Positions 1-11,566 of a DNA stretch of 64,000 nt are shown piece after piece; within the stretch, counting starts at the first letter, position 1, and every line of letters starts with the position of its first letter. The notes under the pieces are model-generated. The model saw nothing but the letters and a program-made list of their open reading frames with translations. It was not told the DNA's origin and ran no database searches. This DNA comes from Trichosphaerium sp. ATCC 40318. Taxonomy: Eukaryota; Protista; Tubulinea. The DNA is taken from positions 62,001 through 126,000 of the forward strand of contig JALMLS010000197.1 of assembly GCA_038496445.1 (NCBI GenBank), written 5' to 3'. The position numbers and the translations under genes are program-made.

Positions 1-2631
1 GATTTCGGTTTGTCTTCTCGTTTATACACACCATACTTGAAAGAGACTACTAAAAACAGAAAGGTCTCTAACCCTACATGGCTAGGTGCGTAAAACAAAA
101 AGTGTCTCATCAATTAACTCATCGTAAATCAGCGCCTGAAATCATGCGCGAACAAGCCTTTACTGAAAAGTCAGATATTTATGCGTTTGGCATTATATTA
201 TGGGAGATTATGAGCCGTTCACATCCTTTCCAAGAGTTTCACTTTGAGTTCTTGTGCGTAGCCTTTTTTAAACCCTCTGAGTTCCTCTAACACATCGTTG
301 TAGGCATGAACTTGAAGACTCTGTTCGTGATAAAAAGCTTCGACCTACTATTCATTCAGATGATATACCTGCACCTATAGGTGACCTTATACGTAATGCT
401 TGGCATGATGATCCAGAGAAGAGACCAGAGTTCTCTGATATTGTAAACCAGTTAATGGATATCATCAGAGAGTATACACAACCAAAAGAAGTTCATATGC
501 CTAAACACAGCAATAAGTTTCAAAGACAAAAGACACAACTCCTGAGACGTATGTCTTTTGGTTTGATTTTTCTTGGACTAACACTCTTACTTAGACCAAA
601 AGTCGTCTGTTCGTGCATCAAACGTAGTAAGTGCTGCTGGTAAGTCATTCCCACGCTTCAAACACCTTTACTAATGTATACCAAGGCACTCTGATTAAGA
701 CAATAAAACTAAACTCACCTGTGTTGTGTATGGAACAAGTTAAGGATAATCAGATTTGGGCTGGATGGTACGTACCAAAGAACTGGTTGAGCGCCTTTGG
801 AACAAGCTTCTGTGAACAAAAACAAGAATTCTAAACTCGGTGAAGTATTCACTAATTTCTTTCTTTAGTAGCGATGGTTCTATTTGGATTTACAACGCTG
901 AAGGCGGTCAACGCCTCGTAAAAGATCAGACATGTCATGAGCATCCTGTTGTTGCTGCAGTACGTCTAGATGCTTACTGTGAATATTAACACAGTGTTAA
1001 GGCTTGGTCTGGTGATCACGTGTTTACCTCTGATACTACTTGCTTGAAAGTATGGGAAGTACCTAAGTTTGAAGCTTCAATTTTGGATAAGGTACAGATA
1101 AATACGCTTGTGACTTAGTTTGGAAGTACTTACTCTGGTCTTTTAGAAACGCTCTGTTGTTCGTATAAATATCAAGACAGGAGTAGGAAAACAGAAATGG
1201 AAGGTCGCTTTCTTGAGTTATGAGAACAGGAAGCTTTGTATATCAAAGGATAAAGACGTATGTCTAAGACGATTTTTTTTGTTGTTTCACTTTGCCTTGC
1301 TGACTTATTTAGTTGAAAAAAGCTTTCACTCCACCTGTAGGTGTTGAACGTGTTAAACTAAACTCTGGTCCTACAAATGTAAAATCGACTCAGAAAGATC
1401 GTTGTTTCAGCCTACGATATCCGGACTCTGAAGAGGACTTTGTATTTAAGTTCGATACTGCCGAAGAAGCTAACTCTTGGAGTAACTTCTTGGATACAGT
1501 ACAGAAACAACTTGTTCTTGTACGACTCTTGCAGGTTGCATCTTTGATAACACGCTTACTTCTCTTCAGAAAAAACGACTAGTAAGAGCAGAGAAGCTAT
1601 CTGATGTATACGCACAAGATACTGTTGCTCTTTTGGATGTAAGAGGTGAGCAGTTATGGGCTTTTAGTTCGAATGGTGCTATACATATTTGGGATTCAGA
1701 GGTATGCATCTACACTACTTGGTTAGTAATATTTGTCACTAATTGCTTTGAGTAGGATTTCAAGTTTATAAATAGAATTGATCTTGTTAGTGTATCTCCA
1801 CGGAAAGTCTTTCCATCTAAAGTGTACGCCTCTTTTTTTTTTTTTTGAAGTTTTTCAATTAACTTTCTTATGTTTGTTCTAGGAATAACTTTATGGCAGT
1901 ATCTGTGTGTTATGTTGATAACTTTATATTTGCTTCCATGGGAACTACAATCTTTAAATTAGATAGCAAGGTACGTGATAAGGCAAATAGAAAGTAGATT
2001 AATTTTTCTTGTTTTAGAGTTTTGAACTCTTGGGTACATTCCGTGGTCATAAGTCACAGATTATGGGAATATCTTATGGTAATGAAAGGCTTGTATCTGT
2101 GGGAGCGGATGCCTTGCGTATTTGGGATATTGAGACGACGAAACAGACAGAAAAGCATCACCTTGTACGTTATCTTTTTCAACTTTTTTTTGCTTTTCAT
2201 TTTTAATGGCTTACATGGGATTTTATTAGAAGTCTAAGGATTTGAAAGAAAAGAATTCTGTATCTGTATCTGGTAATAAGCATATCATCGAAATGGCAGG
2301 TTCTTTCTGGGTATCTTTGGCCAATAATAATATAGTGAGCGTTAACAAAAAAACATTTGAAATGGAAAAGTTAAAAACTGTTCATGCTCAACAAATAACA
2401 AATCTGGTATTGTGGAATCACTCAGGTAAATAACAATATTATACAATCCTCTTAAAACATGAAGGATTCGAAAAATTTGTTTTCTAAAGCCCTTTGTGGT
2501 CCAAAAAGTCTGAAAGTTTTTAGCAAAATCTTTTGTTCTTTTTACTATCTTTTTGCATCTACATAGGTTTATTAACTTTGTATATTAGTTTGGGCTTCTT
2601 CAGAAGACAATACAATATCTATTTGGTCTTA
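1..2631 (+). CDS. 3' part of a TKL-group protein kinase (ROCO/LRRK-like C-terminus): kinase C-lobe, WD40-type repeats and an inserted PH domain; multi-exon, 5' truncated by the window
   Basis: Spliced translation DFGLSSRLY...[31 protein letters not shown]...LRPTI...WHDDPEKRPEF (kinase subdomains VII-XI). Later exons give WD-like strands (QIWAGC..DGSIWIY, LKVWE, IHIWD, LRIWD, WASSEDNTISIWS*). Confidence 0.85.
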
Positions 2632-3135
2632 ATAGACTATCTCTTCTGCTATCTACAATGAATGGAGGATGAGAAGGAGAAGGAAACAAAAAAACAGCGT
2701 AATCCTCTTTAAAAACTGAAAAAAAAAAACCAAAACAAAAAAAAGTTTGAGACACTGCTTTCAAAGAGGAAACACCACTGGTGGTGGTAAAATTTTTTAT
2801 TATTAACCACCACATAAAAAATGTATCAGCACAAATGACGAAACCTGTAAAGAGTGTTGTATAATAGTGTAATTTACCCAAAAAACCTCTTGATGTATTT
2901 GTTTATTTTTCTCTTTTTTGACAAGTTTGCACAAAAGGCCGTACCTTTTGTTCCCAAATGAAAAGGTGTGACGAGTACGCTTGTATTTCTCCATTGGCAG
3001 TATTACTTTTGCTTCTCAGTTGCAAACAAGTTTTAACGTCGAAATTCTTGCTTTTTTGTTCGCCAGGTTACATTCGAGATGGTCAATTAACTTCACTTCC
3101 TGTGAGAGATTACAAGTTGTACATAGTTACATAGA

Positions 3136-3466
3136 CACGTGAGCAATAGATGGAGAAGGTATTTAATGTTCCAGAGACACTTTTGGCTGTTTTGGAGCAA
3201 ACAAAGAGTTTTAAAGCGATCATAGCATTCTCCAGTACATACAAGCTCGCTCGCACCATCATATGCTCCCCACAGAATACAAAACAGTTATTTAAAGCCT
3301 CATGGTCCAATCCTTTGTATTATGGTACAATTCGCGAATGGCCAATGAAACTACGTGTAAACGACGATATATCTGACTTTGATGGATTACAATACCTCTG
3401 TTTTGCACGTCACTTGGAGAAACAATACCAGGTAAGCTATGTTTAACACGTGATTTCTAACACGTG
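3136..3466 (+). repeat. 331-bp inverted segmental duplicate of 9699-10029, both ends at CACGTG
   Basis: Direct alignment to the reverse complement shows about 4 substitutions; identity starts and stops at the CACGTG hexamers. Confidence 0.95.
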
Positions 3467-4063
3467 GGGAGCAACGAATAGATATTTATATGCTGTAAGT
3501 CTAAAGGATGGTATGTATGATGTTTCTTGTTTTTTTCTTGCTGTGTTAATTGTTGTCAGGTTCTAAATTGTGGAAAAAGAATGCAATACCCTTATGGCGT
3601 GGCATTATCAATGTTGATGGCGAGGGATATATATATCTATATTTGGCAAAATAGCCTGGAAACTGCAGTGATTGATATAAAAACTGGTGAACACGTTGGT
3701 GTTTTGAATCATCTCACTTACCATGTTGAAACTCAAGGCGAATTCATACTCATAGCTGATGAAAATATATTTACAAGTATAAAGAAGCTAACAACACATT
3801 CTATCTGGTGTGGAAGACAGGAATAATGAAACGCAAAAACATCAAACTTTTTCATTTACCTATGATCCCTATTGTGTTTCTCTGATGTTGATAACAATGG
3901 ACAAATTATTATGGATAGAAACAAGATACATGGGCCTGGACTTTATGTGGGCGTGCTTCTATTCAAGTGCGAGGAAAACAAGGCATTATTGTTCAAGCAC
4001 CTATATCAAATACAACAATTTGTCGTTGCATACATAGGCTGGGATGGAACGCAACACTGGTAA
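3150..4063 (+). pseudogene. Chimeric, frameshifted paralog of the 8719-10015 gene
   Basis: Exon 1 is ~99% identical to 9719-10015. The downstream part is a diverged paralog (ETAVIDIKTG vs ETAVLDIKTG; IGWDGTQHW vs IGWDGITKW). Most of exon 2 is missing, and homology (YKYKEANNTFYLVWK) continues only after a frameshift near 3770. Confidence 0.75.
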
Positions 4064-4728
4064 AGTGCTAAAGTGAAACATCTGTGGGATGATTGGGTTT
4101 ATGAGCGTAGCGGGAAAGTAGGAACCTGAATTGACTTAACGGGCCTTAAGGCACATGTTTCTTATGTAATGGTAGAACAAAAGGTCAAGGTTAATTATGT
4201 CATGTTTCATCATTTCGAGAAATATTGCACATTTGTTTTGCTGCTCGTACAGTCTTACACTCAGTATAGTAATTGGTTGTTGTACGGAATCTATCTTATG
4301 TAGCTACCAAAAGGCGTTCAAATCACTTCAGTACAGTAAAGTTTGTGCAAGCTAGGTTGGTAATAATCGCGGAGGTAGCTCACTACTATTTGGCAAACGA
4401 AAAGGGTAAATGTTCCAACCCAAAAAGCCTTTTTGCAGTAAGTAAAGTACTTTTTGATCACGTGACATGTGTTGACCGTAAACTCCTTAAGAGTTGTGTA
4501 TTGTACTACCTTCATCATAATAGCATTAAAGCCCTTTTAATGAACATACTAACCGAATAAGATCAAAAAAGATCCTTCTCCTTGGCCAGAATTCTCATTC
4601 AACTTATTCGCGTGTTCTTTGTGTTGTGTGTTACTGAAATACTACACAGCGTTATTATAATACAACAACGTAAGCATCGCTGTATTTCTTGTTCAATAAA
4701 CTGTCCTTTGGTGGTAGCAATCATATAA

Positions 4729-6159
4729 ATGACAACAGATACGTATAAAATAGTTATCGTTGGACCAGGAGGTAAGGAAATAGACGATATAATCTACTCA
4801 CGTTGTATTAAAACCGGTTAGGCGTAGGAAAGAGCAGCTTAACTCTCAGGCTTGTACAGAACTCTTTTATTGATAGATACGGTACGTTAATCGTTATCCA
4901 ATTCACTGAGTCCTGTCCAACACGTGAATGTTGAACAGGTATAGTCAGAACTTCCGAACAGTATTTTTGATTTAAACGAACTATACTCCGTTTATTTTGT
5001 TTTCCGTTGCTTTTAATTACTTCCTGGTATATGTATTTATCGTCTAATCGTGTTTTTAGATCCAACGATAGAAGACAGTTATCGGTGTGTTATTATATTC
5101 ACGAACTTTCTTTTTTTTTTTTGTACTTGATGATTAACCTTTGTTCTTTACAGGAAAACTGTAAATGTAGATGGTAAAAACGTTGATCTCGATATTTGTA
5201 CGTAATTTAACAAATACTTAATTATTAAACTACGCTCCCATCTTTTCAAAACCCCTCCTATATCACGTGACGCGCGGAGACAAAAAATAAAACATCATAA
5301 TTATTCTTTTTTTCTACTTTTTTTTGTGAATAAGACTTCCACGTGTTTGTTTCATTTACTGATTTTTTCTTTTTAAAATAGACGATACTGCTGGACAAGA
5401 AGAGTATGAGACATTACAAGATGGATACATGCGTAAAGGAGATGGTTTCATCATAGTTTTTAACATTGCCGATGAAACCAGCTTCAAACCAGATGTACTT
5501 CGATTTTTTGATAAACTTCAGAGGTACGTACAGATCAAACGGCAATTTTCAGCCAAAATACACCCTACCATGTATTTGTGATACTTGGTAATTGAAACCA
5601 GGAATTGAGCTTAAACGCCTTTTGCCTTACATAAAAAAATAATACTTTTTTTTTTTTATAGAGTGAAAGAATGCGATTCATTTCCGGTAAGTACTTGGTG
5701 TTGCGGTTTTTTTTTTGGTTTATTTTAAAACGTGTTAACCGTATTTATTTAGATGGTGCTCGTAGGAAACAAAAGTGACTTGGCGCATGTCAGACAAGTA
5801 ACAACACAACAAGGCGTTGAACTCGCATCGAGATTCAAGTACGATTTTATAAGAATTAAATTCCTTTTGCCAGGCTTTTTTGTTTGTAAATTCTGATCCA
5901 CTGTCAGTTGTCGGTATATAGAGACATCCGCAAAAGCCAATACAAATGTAGCTGAATGTTTTCATCAGTGCGTTAGAGAAGTAAACAAAGGTAAAAAACC
6001 AACAGATTAGTTCGAAAAAAAAAACCAAATCACTTTTCTCATATTTTTCTTGTAGAAAAAAAAGCAAATGAACCAAAGAAGGCTTGGACAAGTATAGGGA
6101 AACCCAAAGTACCCAAAATGCAACTAAAATTACGAAATAAATGCTGTAATATCCTGTAA
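4729..6159 (+). CDS. Ras-subfamily small GTPase (multi-exon)
   Basis: MTTDTYKIVIVGPGGVGKSSLT, effector loop YDPTIEDSYRK, DTAGQEEY, LVGNKSDL, ETSAK, C-terminal CCNIL* (CAAX with an adjacent Cys). Confidence 0.95.
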
Positions 6160-6442
6160 ATAAACTCTTTTGAACCACAGACTATCAAACTCACTGCATT
6201 GGTGATCAGCCAAGTTGGATTCTCATAACAATCGTCGATGTTGGTACAGTATTAACACTTATCATTGTTAGTTTTGTGGTCCACAATTGTCTTACACTAT
6301 CTAGATAGGAAAAACACCAAACTTACTAGATTCAACTTTAGTAGTACTGCACTATACTCCTGTTTGGTGTTTTAGATACTAGCTTCATGTACGGTGCTAC
6401 TAGCTTAGTATAAACTGTTGCTAATGGTAAAAGACAGCAAGG

Positions 6443-7336
6443 ATGTTCTCCAAAGTAAGTTTGTGCGATGATGGCTATATAGCTGTAGATCGCGATGGCA
6501 CAACACACTGGAATATCTCGGACGTAGGAAAGATAATAAACAAATCCGGAAACCTAAAACGCTTTGCTGTTGGTGAAAATGGTCAGTATTACCTTAAAAC
6601 CCGTAAAAGAAGGTATTGGCGTGTATCTAGCGATGATTTGGATGAAATAATAGAGGATGGAGCTTTCAAACGTATTTTCTTTGGACCTGGCTCCTCATAC
6701 TTTGTAACGTATTCATCGGGTTCATTTGAATACTCTGATATTCCTATGGATCTTCATAATAGATTACGAGGCCGTCAAAGGTCTCGCGGTGGCGTTAGAA
6801 CCATTGCTTTTTCTCATTACAAGTACTTCATACAGTTCACTGATGGGTCAGCTTGGTGGAGTAGTAATCTTCCAGATGCTATTGTAAAGTTTGTACGAGA
6901 CGAAGGGTATATTAAAGAAATAACAATGGCGAATGATTTTCGTGAATGGTATGTGAAGTCTAATAGCATGGAGTACTATTCTTCTGTATCCTTGAGAGCA
7001 ATTCAAAATGAAGTTGATGACGATCCTGATGATCTTGATCCGGATAGTATCTACTACACCAACAATTCAATAGCTCCGTACTTTCAAACAGGATCGTACA
7101 TATATGATGTCGTAAGTGACCTTGAAAATGGGTATTTGGATGCAGATGATATTCCAGCAATTCGAGTTGTTCGTTTAGATGGTGATTGGTATGCACTTGA
7201 CAATCGCCGTTTATGGTGCTTCAAGCAAGCTGGTATGGCAAGAATCAATGTACAAGCAGTGCCTAATAGATTGTCAAAACGTAGGATTCATTATTTGAAA
7301 TCGCATGATATGACTTACATTAATGTCAGAGGCTGA
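6443..7336 (+). CDS. Intronless 297-aa protein: N-terminal aromatic beta-repeats plus C-terminal ParB/Sulfiredoxin-like domain
   Basis: Uninterrupted ORF. Repeats FAVGENGQYYL / FFGPGSSYFV / IAFSHYKYFIQFTDGSAWW. C-terminus IYYTNNSIAPYFQTG...IPAIRVVRLDGDWYALDNRRLWCFK resembles the DNRRL-type ParB-like domains. Confidence 0.75.
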   Translation: MFSKVSLCDDGYIAVDRDGTTHWNISDVGKIINKSGNLKRFAVGENGQYYLKTRKRRYWRVSSDDLDEIIEDGAFKRIFFGPGSSYFVTYSSGSFEYSDIPMDLHNRLRGRQRSRGGVRTIAFSHYKYFIQFTDGSAWWSSNLPDAIVKFVRDEGYIKEITMANDFREWYVKSNSMEYYSSVSLRAIQNEVDDDPDDLDPDSIYYTNNSIAPYFQTGSYIYDVVSDLENGYLDADDIPAIRVVRLDGDWYALDNRRLWCFKQAGMARINVQAVPNRLSKRRIHYLKSHDMTYINVRG

Positions 7337-7559
7337 TGAGTTTAAAGTTAGTTGTAAATAGAAAAAACAATGAAGTCAGTAAATGCTGATCTTGGAACTA
7401 CAGGTGGGCTGTAGTGATCTGGTTTATCCTTATAACATTACCAATAAATTCTCGTTTTTCACCACGTGATTCTAAGCATTTAAGATAAGATGTTAGCAGT
7501 GGAGCTTCCTCAGAATCTACTTGACTTTCAAGGCTTCATTGACTCAACTTTGCGACAAG

Positions 7560-8143
7560 ATGATCAATTATGATTGTAAACTCGCTATTATTTCACGAAT
7601 ACAACCAAGGGATCTATTATCAATGTCTAGGGTAAATAAACAATGGTATGAAACGATTACAAGCACAGATGGTTGTAAAACGTCTCGTATATGGCCAGTT
7701 GTTATACAAAGAGGTCTAAAAGGATGGTTTAGCCGATATATACAATACAGAAACATTTTCTTTCGCCAGACGCATAAAGAGAACCAAAACATAGTGTATT
7801 TAATGTCCCGTGCGTTTAAACCACCTCCTCTTACTGGTGGAATGCGTGAAAGCCCACGTGAGAGCGCTGACTTGTCATTGAATCCCGATGGTTCATTTTA
7901 TTACCATTATTCTAAACGGATGAACTCATTCATTTCCACGAAACTCAAAGGTACTGCCAAAAACAACTGTTCAAGCTTTTTGTACAATTAATCATCAGCA
8001 GAGAGAAACGTTTCTCCTTAACTTTTTCAGTCCACAAACAAAGCACGTGGACAAAAGACTTACTTTTTAAATGGCAAAACTTTTCAACAAAATTTACAGA
8101 ATCTCTTAGGCACTTGGGCACTAACAAAGAAAAATGGGTATAG
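7560..8143 (+). CDS. F-box-like protein (probably one intron, ~7951-8029)
   Basis: N-terminal DCKLAIISRIQPRDLLSMSRVNKQWYETI fits the F-box pattern. A GT..AG splice restores an open frame to TAG at ~8143. Confidence 0.55.
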
Positions 8144-8718
8144 TGTAGAGCTGCGAGCTAATAAAAAGATCCACCAAAGTGGTCAAATTATGGACAGTTT
8201 CAGCACATATCGTCCTGTGTGGCGTGACTGTAAAGAAATCCTGATGGTCTTTAAAGTTAGAAGTAGAGGGAATAAGCTTTGTTTTAATACTATTAACTTA
8301 ACTATGACACTTGATCGGCGCATGTAGAGTTTGCTGACAAATAATCCCATGTATTAAATATCACTTCCACTTGTGCCTTGTAGATATAACGCTGCATATG
8401 GATAAAAAGCACATGTACTATAAAGTCCATATTTCTGAGTGGCGAAATGTAGTCTTTAGTTTTTACTTACTCAGACAAATGTGGGATTGCCTGTGATAGC
8501 TCTTATCAAATTGTCCAAGAGTTAATAATTATGGACTGACTTGTAAACTGTTGTATCCACATATAAATCAAATGATATGAGCAAAACGATTTGGGTTAAG
8601 ACAACTTGCACAAAAATAAAGAGTTCTTTTATTCATTCTCTTTACAGTTTTTAGTAATGGCCTAACCTGAAGAATTGTCTTTGTATGTAATAAAAAGATT
8701 GTATTGTAATGAAATCTG

Positions 8719-10015
8719 TTATTTTATGTCATGTTGCCATTTTGTGATACCGTCCCACCCTATACATTTGCTTTCTATCAGTTTTGTTGCTGAAAATACA
8801 ATGAATCCTTGTTTTCCTCTTATTTGAATTGAAATTTGGCCAATGTCATAAACAATGTAAGTTTTCACAACCCCTTCTAAGACAGCTTTCCCTTTATCAT
8901 TAATTAATCTTACAAGCAAGCGTCCTACTCTGAATCTTGTTTCCAAAAATAAAATGTATTCATTTGATAAAAAATACAGTTTTGTTTTGTATCTTGAAAT
9001 TTTTAATTTCCATAGCAGATTAAAAGCATTATTTTGCTCCTTGTATTTGTAAAGAAAGTTGTAATCAGTAACAAATACACAATTCATTTGTGAAACAATT
9101 TCGTTGAAAGCATGATCTAGAACATAAACTTCTATGCCAGTTTTAATGTCAAGAACTGCAGTTTCATCAAAGGCATGTCCTTTAAAGATGTAAACAAACT
9201 TGCCTTCTGCCACCATTTTATCCGGTGGTTTTTTTGAAGGGACTATATTTAATATATTCTTAGTCCACAAAGTTGAACCTAACAGTAACAAGTAAGAAAA
9301 AAACAAGAAGATCAATAAACATTTTTCATACCATCCTTAATATCTACAGCAAAAATATCTCTCTCAGTTACATTTCCCAATCTACATATTCTAACACAGA
9401 CCATTATACCACTTTGTTTGCTTATTGAACAGCCAAAAACGTAGTTGTTTTCTATTTCCCACAGTTTTGTGTTTGACATTGTACAAAATGCAGTAAACGT
9501 AGAGTATATGTCTACCTCCTCGATTATAGTTATATAACCAATATTGTAAACTACACGCGATCTATTTATGCCCGGTTCCCATATATTAGTGTCTACGCTA
9601 TGGCCATAGTGATACTCCAAAGCAAGGGGTGGTAGGCAAATCTTTTCGCCTGTATGAATATTGTAAACACCACCCTTCATTCGACACTCACTCTATGGCA
9701 CGTGTTAGAAATCACGTGTTAAACATAGCTTACCTGGTATTGTTTCTCCAAGTGACGTGCAAAACAGAGGTATTGTAATCCATCAAAGTCAGATATATCG
9801 TCGTTTACACGTAGTTTCATTGGCCATTCGCGAATTGGACCATAATACAAAGGATTGGACCATGAGGCTTTAAATAATTGTTTTGTATTCTTTGGGGAAC
9901 ATATGATGGTGCGAGCGAGCTTGTATGTACTGGAGAATGCTATGATCGCTTTAAAACTCTTTGTTTGCTCCAAAACAGCCAAAAGTGTCTCTGGAACATT
10001 AAATACCTTCTCCAT
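8719..10015 (-). CDS. 3-exon protein with F-box-like N-terminus and PQQ-like beta-propeller repeats
   Basis: Three ORF pieces joined by clean GTAAGC..TAG and GTATGA..TAG introns. Repeats such as IFAVDIKDGSTLWT, AVLDIKTGIEVY and AFCTMSNTKLWE. Confidence 0.65.
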
Positions 10016-10029
10016 CTATTGCTCACGTG
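9699..10029 (-). repeat. Second copy of the 331-bp CACGTG-bounded duplication
   Basis: Reverse complement of 3136-3466. Confidence 0.95.
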
Positions 10030-11247
10030 GTAATATCAAGTTTGTTCGTGCTGGTCAATTAGCTTCACGTGTACCTCTTGGCGCGCTTCAAAGATTCGTC
10101 TCCTACACCAATCCAATCATTTACAGCGATTTTCGCTGGCTCTTTCTCCGGTTCCACTAGACTACAAATTCCTTCAAAGCTTCAACACTTTTGTCTGCGG
10201 TTGTTGTCACAGTTGAGTTTGTAAGTATGGTCAGATGGCAAAGAGGAATGATAATGTGCAGATTCGGACTTGTAAGTGTTGATAGGTAGTGCAGGTGAAC
10301 AGTTTTACAATGTTCACTTTTAGTTGCACTTGATTCAGTACTGCGTGATTGTTTTTTGTCATATTTCTGCAATGAGTGCTTCAATTAGGTTGTTAAAATA
10401 CTAGGTAGTGCAGCTATTAATACTTGACTATTTCAGTAGCTAGCTATTGCGTATAAAGTGGCTTCTGATAGAGATTTTTGTTTTCGAAACAAACTCTGAG
10501 GCTACAAGAAAACAGACTAGTAGAAACGGAAGTTTTTCAGGAAGGTAGACACTGGTGTAGTACTTACATCCATTCCTGGGTCATTGGGCGGGCAAGAATC
10601 AGGTCATATTCTCCTGGGTAACATCTATCTAAATCTCGTGGCCAATTTGCCTTGCGAGTACCAAATGTTGTAGTTGGTAGTACAACCATATCGTAACCTT
10701 TCAGGTACAGTAAAAACATCTGTTACTTCTTGACTGCTACATCATGCAAAAGGTGAATCTTCATTTGTATGATGTGCCAGTCGAGGAGGAGAAGCTATGT
10801 TAATGATTCACTAACGTTAAATTGCTTTGCAATGAACGGGTGTTCTGAGCGATTCAACATTTTAGCAACGTTTTCAACACTATCATTTGTATCACGCATA
10901 TTCTACCCTCACTACTACTGACCCATTAATGCTTTGAGTAGTTTCCGTGTATTCTATAGTGAAAGCTTTCTTCAATGTGACATCAATGATGTGAGGAACT
11001 GTTCAAAGAATGTGGTAACAAAAACTTTTACCTATATCAATCAGTTACTCGCAACAATCTTTTCTGACGTTTATCTACTATATTGGTACTTGTTACCTTG
11101 TCGGGATACCATAGCCACCTAATGAAAGAGTGTCATGAGGATAATGGATACATCTTAAATGTGCATCTTGAAGTCTACTATCTGTTCGTAGAGATGCTTG
11201 TTCAGTATTTTTTCTTTAGTTTCTTTTGAGCTCAATCCCTTCTTTCT

Positions 11248-11566
11248 CTCCAAAGTTCTCTATTTGTTGCTTGTCTAACAACAGTGACAAGAGGCGAGGC
11301 TCCAAAGTTCTCTATTTGTTGCTTGTCTAACAACGGTGAGGGAAAATTATATTTATTGACAAATCATGATGCCTTCAATTATGATTTGTATAATTTGAAA
11401 CAAAAAAAGAGCACCTCACTCGTCACCGTTGTTAGACAAGCAACAAATAGATAACTTTGGAGCCTCGCCTCTCGTCACTGTTGTTAGACAAGCAACAAAT
11501 AGATAACTTTGGAGCCTCGCCTCTTGTCACTGTTGTTAGACAAGCAACAAATAGATAACTTTGGAG
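11248..11566. repeat. Foldback minisatellite: ~2 x 52-bp units, ~75-bp spacer, 3 x 52-bp units in inverted orientation
   Basis: Unit CTCCAAAGTTCTCTATTTGTTGCTTGTCTAACAACAGTGACAAGAGGCGAGG at 11248 and 11300; reverse-complement units at ~11414-11566. Confidence 0.95.

Noticed and set aside
4760-4835. Oncogenic-like P-loop substitution in Ras (GPGGVGKS)
   Set aside because: The Pro is at the position-11 equivalent; G12, G13 and Q61 equivalents are intact.
5991-6159. Ras lacking a CAAX box
   Set aside because: Correct phase-1 splicing of the last intron gives ...KLRNKCCNIL*, a normal CAAX.
8340-8420. Similarity between this minus-strand stretch and 16290-16325
   Set aside because: The match (TACAA.G..CA.AAGTGGAAG) is too short and gapped to distinguish from chance.
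11248-11566. CRISPR array
   Set aside because: Units are contiguous with no unique spacers, half are inverted, there are no cas genes, and the context is eukaryotic.
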